A DNA stretch of 64,000 nt, taken from IMG/VR virus record IMGVR_UViG_3300012041_000001; one strand, given 5' to 3'. The notes under the pieces are model-generated. The model searched no databases. It was given only the letters and a program-made list of their open reading frames with translations, and was not told the DNA's origin. The position numbers and the translations under genes were made by a program. How positions within the stretch are numbered: position 1 is the first letter of the stretch; each line of letters opens with the position of its first letter. Of this stretch, positions 56,855-64,000 are shown in pieces. The stretch is from an uncultured virus (IMG/VR IMGVR_UViG_3300012041_000001). Taxonomy: Duplodnaviria > Heunggongvirae > Uroviricota > Caudoviricetes.

Positions 56855-59800
56855 ATACTATATAGATTTATAAGTTACAAATTCTCCTAAATCATGATAA
56901 TATATATTATGAACAAGTTCATAGTTTATATTACCATTAAATGGAACAACTATTCTATCCTCTTGACCTAATAGCCATTCATATATGCTATTAGCATAGC
57001 CAACTGTAATCTCTGTACAGTCATCTAATATTATTATTATTCTTTTCATTGATTAGATTTATTTCTATAAATGTATATTGTATCTTCACCCTTAATATGT
57101 ATTAATGGCTCTATTCTTTCATCAGATATTACTACAGGCGCAGTAGTTTCATAATGATATGCTGTATAACAACCAGCTATTAGCTCTAATATAATAAATA
57201 TTAGCATTGCCATAAATAATATAACGTGTATTCTTACATATCCACTCATAATTCTTTCTTTTTACGTCCTTTACCATGGTTAGGTCCATATCCTTTCTTT
57301 CTGTATGCACTTGGAGCCTGATTAGCCTCCATAAGCTCAGAATAATATTCTCTTAATTCTCTGTCCTTCAATGAATGAATGTGTTCACTCATAGTTATCT
57401 CCTTTAATAATACTCTGGTCAATGCTATTATTTCTAATGCATAGTTATTAGCAGCAGCTCTAACACCATCTATTCTGATGATGTTAGCTCTGCAATTATT
57501 AGCTAATGTATATATTTCTTCAAGGATGACATCACGTTGTGCGTTATTTAATGCCATATTAATGTTCTTTGTTTTCTTCTATTACACTTAAACCATAGTT
57601 TATTGCACCAAATAGTACAATAACTATTAACCAGGCCATAGGCTCAGGCATACTGTCTTTAATAACACTGCCAAACCATATACAAAATGCAAATCCACAT
57701 AAAAATAGTATTGCTTTCATATTATTATCTATTAAGCAGGAATGGAACACCCTTTCCTGCTTGATTAAACTTGTCTAATAAATATCTCTGTACACCAAAC
57801 ACATTTATTTGTCTGTTAATTCTCTTGTGATCAACATCTAAATCAGTAGATATATAAACACAGAAATTAAATAACCATTCTCCAGCCTTATAGACCATAG
57901 AACCTGCAACATAAACTAGCACTGCACTAATTATAATTAAATATTTCATCTCTTTAAAGGAATTAAGTTAGTTTTTATTTTATAATACACACCATTATGT
58001 GACCAAACAGTAGTATACTGTTCATTATCATCTAATTCAGTCTGCATTTCAAACTTAGGACTCTGTGTAATACCCATTAAATCATAATAGGTTGTCTCAA
58101 CACATTCAGCTAAATCTATTGTCTCCATCTCTCAAATATATTAAGCTTTAGACACATAGCTAACAATCTAATGGCTATCATAGGTAATAACCAATAACAG
58201 AATGTATCAAATACACCCAGTTTCCAAGATAATAGGGCTATTGCAACAATGCAAAGCCCTATACATACTAATATTAATTTAATAGCAACACTCATTAGTT
58301 CATCTTGATTTTACATTCCTGTATATTCTCAAAAGTTCTAATTGCTGCACGAGCTATTGCATCAAATACAAATTGATTACCATATTTCTCTACACATATA
58401 GACATAAGCTTATCAGAAAGCTCTATTTCATCTGCTTTATGTACATTAAATATGAAATCTAACATTTCTATATATTCTAATGTTAGTATTGCTCTTGGAT
58501 TACCTTTAAATTTCTTTATTAAATCCTCTAATAATAAATTGATACCACTCATAATGATAATTGTTTGATTAAGTTTATAAATAAAAATGTCCTCTTGGGT
58601 GATATTAACGTGCTAAACCCAGCATATAAAGCACATGTGTGTTGTTCATCATAGACTTCAGACATTGTCCAATGATTACTCTTTCATAAAATTAAACGTA
58701 AGCGTTAATAAAGGCTCTCTGAATTCTATTAAAATTCTTAGTATTACGCATTTCATCACAAGGATGAATATAAGCATACGCAATATTACTACCTTCCCCA
58801 TTGTATATCAATTTGTCAAAATAATCATCTCCATATAAATCAAGAGTGACATTCATCATATCAATATCTATCTTCTGTACCATCTCTCCTATTCCTGCAG
58901 AGATGGTATCAAAAGTCATTACAAATTCTTTTCCTTTAAATCTGTTCATAAGTCTACTAAATTATTTAAATCAAGTTCTTGAAAAGATTTATACACCTCC
59001 ATCATTACTATTCTATCATAGTGAACAATGGTATTGCCCAATGGATATATCATTAACAAATCAAATGCTAATTCATCATTAACACTAAATATCGCAATGA
59101 TATTACCATAAACATCAATATGATGGATATATAGTCCATCAACCATTACATATCCACTTCTAACGTACTTGGCCAACATATTCCTTAACATTAAATGTCA
59201 ATGTAGAATGACACACACCAAATAGTCTCTCATCATATCTAACAGTTATTTCAAACCTTCTGATTAGACTAACCCTTACAATGTTGCTAGAAGCAACAAG
59301 AAGACCCTGCTTACTAAAGCGTGGTCTTCTGTTTCTTTTAGTATTCATTATAGTTTTTCAATATTATATACATTATCAGCCTCCATAACCTTATTCATCT
59401 TATCTGCAGCATCAGCATACATATTCTGAGCAGCCATTTCTCTTTTCTTACCTTCACTCACATAAGGCTTCTCAGTATGATATTGTTGCCAATTAGCCAA
59501 TGACATACTATCTCTCTTAATCTCAATATCATCAAGAAGAATAGATAATCTAACAGCATCTTTCTCATCATAACTACATGTTAATGCCTTATAGTTATCC
59601 TTATTAATACTGCTCTTAACAATAGCCTTTGGAAAATACTCATAAACAGTTTTATTCTGTTCATAAGTAAACTCAACCTTATCCTCCCATTTATTATAAC
59701 CTGTAAGAGTACATAATATATCTTTTCTCCAAATATAATGAGGAACAGAAGGCGCAACGTATAGCCCACATAATATCTCTACTGCTAAAGAAGGATTTGG

Positions 59801-60174
59801 CGTCGAGTTAATAATATCTTCCAACAAATCAATATTAACATTAGTTAATGTAACACTCAATAGTTTTCTTTCTATGTTATTCATGGTATTTTGCTACACT
59901 ATAGTAGTAACTTCACTTGTTTTTGATAGCATTTCTTCAATGATAATGCTATATTTAATTGATTATTTGATTGTTTTTATGCTTTTATTCAGTACTCTTT
60001 ATTCCCATACACGTATTCGTGTACTATTTATTCTCACTCAAACTCCCTTTTCATTGCATTATTCTCATACGCCTCGCCGTAGAAAGTTTGATTTATTGCA
60101 TTATTCGCAATAATTAGCATAATGAGCGTTAGCAACACGCTCATCACACTAATTCAAACAACACAATCAAACAA

Positions 60175-60198
60175 TTCTACCTATATATATAGGTAGAA
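60175..60198. repeat. Perfect 24-bp palindrome
   Basis: TTCTACCTATATATATAGGTAGAA equals its own reverse complement. Confidence 0.9.
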
Positions 60199-60283
60199 AA
60201 TATTATTAATAATACAGATGGATGACAAAGCCCACCCTTTGATGCGTACATCCCACCCCTATACACAAAGCCTAAAGGCTTCG

Positions 60284-60691
60284 CTATGCGAAGTCTTCAG
60301 GCGTTAATGCTTTCGAGTTCTGAATGAACTCGACAGTAAACGCTTTGCGTTTCTGTTTAGTGTAATGAGCCTTGTCAGCTCGAGATATCGAGAGATGACC
60401 AAGGAACTCGTAGCCATCGTCTGTTATGTTTAACATAACAGTATCAAGGTTGTCTGCATCGAGGTCGAGACAGAATGGATCGTCCTCGATGACAGTAAAA
60501 CCTTTGCCTTTATAAAGGAAAGTGCGATAGCTCTTTCCTTCATAACGAGAACCCTTTTGGGTTTTCGTTGGGTCGTATGGTTTCGTGCCTGATAAGGCAC
60601 GAATCATTAAACAATCATCGATATCTAATTCAAGATAGTTATCGACAGTTTCAGTTTGTTCTGTGGCTGGTTTTTTGTTTTGCTTTGCCAT
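60284..60691 (-). CDS. Hypothetical protein, first gene of the leftward block, CG-rich
   Basis: 135-aa ORF with an A-rich leader and atypical composition. Confidence 0.75.
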   Translation of the reverse strand: MAKQNKKPATEQTETVDNYLELDIDDCLMIRALSGTKPYDPTKTQKGSRYEGKSYRTFLYKGKGFTVIEDDPFCLDLDADNLDTVMLNITDDGYEFLGHLSISRADKAHYTKQKRKAFTVEFIQNSKALTPEDFA

Positions 60692-60720
60692 TGTATTAAT
60701 TATTTATTAGTTTATAATTT

Positions 60721-60740
60721 AGTGGGGCGCATGCCCCACT
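60721..60740. promoter_or_regulatory. GC-rich hairpin at the divergence point
   Basis: AGTGGGGC-GCAT-GCCCCACT, an 8-bp stem with a 4-nt loop. Confidence 0.5.
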
Positions 60741-60845
60741 TTCCCAATCCCAGGTGGGGTGGTGGTTGGAAGTACCCATATCTCTCACTCTCATAAACCA
60801 AAAAAAATTTCCAAAAAAAAATTTTTTAACCAAGTCAATTATTCC

Positions 60846-60853
60846 TACCTTTG
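60846..60853 (+). promoter_or_regulatory. Bacteroidota -7 promoter element (TACCTTTG) for the packaging block
   Basis: TAnnTTTG 17 nt before ATG 60871. Confidence 0.6.
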
Positions 60854-60870
60854 TTATAATCAATTACATT

Positions 60871-61302
60871 ATGGAAACAATGACCATTCAGAAATTAGAA
60901 AAGGATTCCAGCAACAGATTGGAAAAAGCCCAACGCTATTATGCCCTCATTTCAGCCCTGAACAATCTGTTCCTGACAGAAAGAGAAATTCAGCTGATAG
61001 CATTCTCAGCAGTGCGAGGATCAATATCTTTCGCAACTGTCAGAGAGGACTTTTGCACACTCTACAATTCATCATTCCCTACTATTAATAATATAGTGTC
61101 CAAACTTAAACGTTCGCACATATTAATTAAACAAGGAAAGCAGATTGTTGTGAATCCTGCCATTGCTCTTGATTTCTCCAAGCCATTAATTCTCCAGATA
61201 ACATTAACAGTAAACAATGAACAATACCATGGAGAGACCACAGAGCATGCCCCTGAAAGAGTTCTTAGTCAAAAAACTAAGCCTAAAGTTGAACATTCCT
61301 GA
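60871..61302 (+). CDS. Putative winged-helix DNA-binding protein
   Basis: LTEREIQLIA...TINNIVSKLKRSHILIK...VVNP. Start moved to METMTIQ. Confidence 0.6.
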   Translation: METMTIQKLEKDSSNRLEKAQRYYALISALNNLFLTEREIQLIAFSAVRGSISFATVREDFCTLYNSSFPTINNIVSKLKRSHILIKQGKQIVVNPAIALDFSKPLILQITLTVNNEQYHGETTEHAPERVLSQKTKPKVEHS

Positions 61303-61570
61303 AAGAACCATTAATGCTGTGATAACAGATCAGTTCACTACAGCATTTCAGGCCACAACCAATAACAACTCTATTGAGCTGTCAGGATTTGGCAAATTTG
61401 TGTTTAATCAGAAAAAGGCCCATGCACAAATGGCCAGATATGAGAGTCAGGTGAAATCGTTTACCACTCTTCTCGCTACAGAGGTTACACCAGGGTATAG
61501 AGCTGACTTAAATAGGAAGCTGATTAATGCGCTAAAAAATATTGAATATCTAAAACCAAAATTAATATGA
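61217..61570 (+). CDS. HU/IHF-like DNA-binding protein
   Basis: LVKKLSLKLNIP...SIELSGFGKFV. Confidence 0.75.
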   Translation: MNNTMERPQSMPLKEFLVKKLSLKLNIPERTINAVITDQFTTAFQATTNNNSIELSGFGKFVFNQKKAHAQMARYESQVKSFTTLLATEVTPGYRADLNRKLINALKNIEYLKPKLI

Positions 61571-61869
61571 GCTTAGCAAAGATATACGAGGGCTGGAAAA
61601 ACCATCTTCTGCCTTCTTCCTCTCTGAGGAATGTGATAAACCAGGTATCTGAAGAAAGGTTGGCAATATGTAGAGCATGTCCTCTGCATTCAAGTAACAA
61701 AGAAGGATATACAACAGTAAGAGTGGACGAACATTGTACAGAATGTGGATGCTCCTTACTTCCTAAAACTAAATGCTTGTCCTGTAGTTGTCCAGTGGAC
61801 AAGTGGACAAGTGAATTAACTTCTGAAGAGGAACAACAAATTAAAAATGAAGAGAATATTCAAGGTTGA
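61567..61869 (+). CDS. Cys-rich zinc-binding protein
   Basis: RLAICRACP...CTECGC...CLSCSCPVDKW. Confidence 0.75.
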   Translation: MSLAKIYEGWKNHLLPSSSLRNVINQVSEERLAICRACPLHSSNKEGYTTVRVDEHCTECGCSLLPKTKCLSCSCPVDKWTSELTSEEEQQIKNEENIQG

Positions 61870-62164
61870 GAAATTGGAACTGGAGGTTCTAATAGATCTA
61901 CTGATTTCACTATATGAATCAGGAATAGATTATGTGGATATGTCAAGCGATAATTCAAATCCTGCACAGGATAAACTGATTATACAGACAAAAGACAGCT
62001 ACATTAATCCCAAATGGCAAGAAGGAGATATAAGAGATAATGTATTCATCAAAGGAGAGAGTGATGACGATGATGACGATGATGATGATGAAGACTTTGA
62101 CAAGCCTTCTTCCCAAATAGAGATACGAAAACTAACAGATGATGATATAAACGAATTGTTATGA
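61847..62164 (+). CDS. Acidic hypothetical protein
   Basis: 105 aa with a poly-Asp run. Confidence 0.65.
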   Translation: MKRIFKVEKLELEVLIDLLISLYESGIDYVDMSSDNSNPAQDKLIIQTKDSYINPKWQEGDIRDNVFIKGESDDDDDDDDDEDFDKPSSQIEIRKLTDDDINELL

Positions 62165-62391
62165 AAAATCCAATATACGCTTTAACCATTAGTAAAGCCA
62201 TAATAACATTAAATAAAGAATTCCCTGGTATACCAATTGGGGAACACATTGCTAATGCTCTACAAGGACTGGACATCTATAATATTATGGATAAGGATTT
62301 AGCTGATATGCTGACTACCTATATTGATGATATTACATTAGATGATTTTTACAGACATAATGTAGAATCAGATTATCCATCAGATGAGTGA
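62161..62391 (+). CDS. Hypothetical protein
   Basis: 76-aa coupled ORF. Confidence 0.6.
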   Translation: MKNPIYALTISKAIITLNKEFPGIPIGEHIANALQGLDIYNIMDKDLADMLTTYIDDITLDDFYRHNVESDYPSDE

Positions 62392-62575
62392 TATAACCAG
62401 ATATGAGTTGTTGCAAAGTATAGCGTCTAGAAAGGGAGAGATAGAACGCATAGAAACAGCTATATCTGAGTTACTGAAAAAAGTCAAACAATTAAATAAA
62501 CAAAAGGAGGAACTCAGGAATCTAAATTTTCTTGATGCAATCCTTATAAACGAACTAGATAATGGCACTGACTAA
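62384..62575 (+). CDS. Coiled-coil hypothetical protein
   Basis: 63-aa coupled ORF. Confidence 0.55.
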   Translation: MSDITRYELLQSIASRKGEIERIETAISELLKKVKQLNKQKEELRNLNFLDAILINELDNGTD

Positions 62576-62879
62576 TAAGACATACATCAATACAGAGCTA
62601 GATTGGGCTGAAAGCCAGCTTTCCTCATGGAAAGCATATGTTGATGCTAATCCTCTGCATACTCTTGCAGACAGAATTGAATGGAAACCCACAGCTAAGG
62701 GAGGTGCGATTCCTATGGTTATTGCTTCCATAGAAGCGCAGGGTAAATTTGTCCAGGAAACTATGAAAAACTATCTGGCCCTACTAGAAGTAGTGGATAA
62801 GCTGAGAGAAAAAGAGGGTGCTAAAAAAGAAGCTAGAGGACAAAGCACTGTTCCTCATAGAATGCAAACCCCAGAATAA
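62562..62879 (+). CDS. Hypothetical protein, candidate terminase small subunit
   Basis: Helical 105-aa ORF coupled (TAATG) to TerL. The assignment rests on position only. Confidence 0.5.
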   Translation: MALTNKTYINTELDWAESQLSSWKAYVDANPLHTLADRIEWKPTAKGGAIPMVIASIEAQGKFVQETMKNYLALLEVVDKLREKEGAKKEARGQSTVPHRMQTPE

Positions 62880-64000
62880 TGGAAATTAAATCTACAGAGT
62901 TCTTCAAGAACTTAAAGTCACTTCCCCCACCAGGAACCCAGGAATTTCAGGATCTTATCAAGTGGGAAGAAGAAAAAATTAAAGGTGGAGTCACTATAAA
63001 TGGCGTGTACATTTCTGGTTGGCTCTATTGGCATTTAAATCATTGGTGGATTAGAATTGATGATAAGGATGAGTATGGCAATGATGTCAGAATCACATCC
63101 CTGCCAGAACTTCGTGATAATGAGTGGATTAGAGCTGAGACGCTTGAGGCCTGCAAAAGGAATAAAGAAGGTTATATGGAGGTGGGTGGAAGACAAGGTG
63201 GAAAGTCTGAAATGGAGGCTTCCTACTTTGGAATGAATGCAACATTATTTGAGAATACCCAAAACGTAATTATATGTGGAAACGACTATGACCTTTCACT
63301 ACTGAAGGATAAGGTAGACTTTGGGATGAAAAATCTCTGGAAAGGCATTGCGATACCACGTTTGGATAAAACCTGGCGCTCCAACCAAATACGTTTAGGA
63401 TATAAAAAGCCTGATGGGGAGGATGCGATTTGGAGCTACATTGTTATTCGTAATGCTAAGGATGGTAATGTAACAGAAGTGGCAGCAGGTACCACAGCTA
63501 AGTCCTTAATAATGGATGAGGTAGGGAAATATCCTTTCGCTGCCACGTTTAAAGCTGGGGAACCAGCAATTAAAGGGTCCAATGGATGGAGAGCTGTACC
63601 AATCTTAGTAGGAACAGGGGGATCATTTGACAGAGGACAAGATGCAGAAAATTTCTTTTATAATCCACGAGCTAATAACTTTCATGCGATACTGGATCCT
63701 GTTAGCAATAGGGAAACTGGTTTATTTCTTTCTGGTGTATATCGTCAGGATTGCAAGAAAGAAATGAGTTTAGGAGATTGGCTGACTATTAATAGGGGTA
63801 TGACATTCCCCAAGAATGCAGACATTCGCAAGATTAAAATCAAGGCAGCAGATATTCCTAAAGCAACAGCTCTTATAGAAAAAGAGAGACTTGCAGCTAA
63901 ACTAAATCCAGATAGAACCATTTATCTGAAACAGATAATGTACTATCCTCTGACAGTAGAGGAATGTTTCTTGAATTCAGGAGAGAACATCTTCGATATT
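62879..64000 (+). CDS. terL: Terminase large subunit (runs off the window end; not in ORF track)
   Basis: MEIKSTEFF...GVYISGWLYWHLN...GGRQGGKS (Walker A)...SLIMDEVGK (Walker B)...ILVGTGG...YYP.TVEECF. Confidence 0.9.
   Translation, partial: MEIKSTEFFKNLKSLPPPGTQEFQDLIKWEEEKIKGGVTINGVYISGWLYWHLNHWWIRIDDKDEYGNDVRITSLPELRDNEWIRAETLEACKRNKEGYMEVGGRQGGKSEMEASYFGMNATLFENTQNVIICGNDYDLSLLKDKVDFGMKNLWKGIAIPRLDKTWRSNQIRLGYKKPDGEDAIWSYIVIRNAKDGNVTEVAAGTTAKSLIMDEVGKYPFAATFKAGEPAIKGSNGWRAVPILVGTGGSFDRGQDAENFFYNPRANNFHAILDPVSNRETGLFLSGVYRQDCKKEMSLGDWLTINRGMTFPKNADIRKIKIKAADIPKATALIEKERLAAKLNPDRTIYLKQIMYYPLTVEECFLNSGENIFDI

Larger units (their letters stand above)
54634..59884 (-). other. Dense array of small, often membrane-anchored early-type hypothetical genes
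   Basis: About 20 abutting ORFs of 60-180 aa on the - strand, several with TM segments (e.g. 55382, 55907, 56103, 57046, 57559). Confidence 0.7.

Noticed and set aside
60754..60870. N-terminal extension of ORF 60754..61302 and ORF 60759..61088
   Set aside because: They span the promoter region; ATG 60871 follows a TAnnTTTG element.
62060..62095. GAT/GAC repeat run
   Set aside because: Simply encodes a poly-Asp stretch of an acidic protein.
1..64000. Stop-codon reassignment (TAG/TGA) as in some crAss-like phages
   Set aside because: Conserved genes (PolA, RecA, TerL part, fibres) are uninterrupted in code 11, and no suppressor tRNA was found.
1..64000. Prophage / integrase or flanking host chromosome
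   Set aside because: No integrase, att-like boundary or run of housekeeping genes. Host-like genes are isolated within phage operons.

Overview
This 64 kb window is part of an AT-rich, strongly CG-depleted tailed dsDNA phage genome. It most likely belongs to a crAss-like (Crassvirales-type) or related phage of a Bacteroidota (Flavobacteriia-like) host. The taxonomy is inferred from gene content, TAnnTTTG promoters and a T9SS signal, not from a search. Standard code 11 gives intact genes. There are three transcription blocks. (1) + strand, 1-13.5 kb: tail fibre/appendage genes, three proteins sharing an N-terminal NKQIGWSQE module, a glycosyltransferase flanked by Thr-rich/mucin-like proteins, a ferritin-like protein, an EndoVII nuclease and a run of small Lys-rich proteins. 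(2) - strand, 13.6-60.7 kb: GT2/GT32/methyltransferase, GroES, GIY-YIG, PhoH, a degenerate dUTPase, RecA, PD-(D/E)XK nuclease, rIIA/rIIB, UDG, primase, putative SSB, AAA ATPase, SF2 and DnaB helicases, PolA, SPFH, tRNA-Ile plus two aberrant tRNA-like elements, an outer-membrane beta-barrel, a MoxR/VWA pair, a T9SS-secreted Cys-rich protein, a stand-alone RNAP alpha-CTD, a J-domain protein and many small early genes. (3) + strand, 60.9-64 kb: HU/IHF-like protein, small ORFs and the start of the terminase large subunit. The best candidate for an undescribed system is a phage-encoded O-glycosylation pathway for mucin-like virion appendages built on a shared docking peptide. The second is phage use of the host T9SS and outer membrane. 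All family calls come from motif recognition only.
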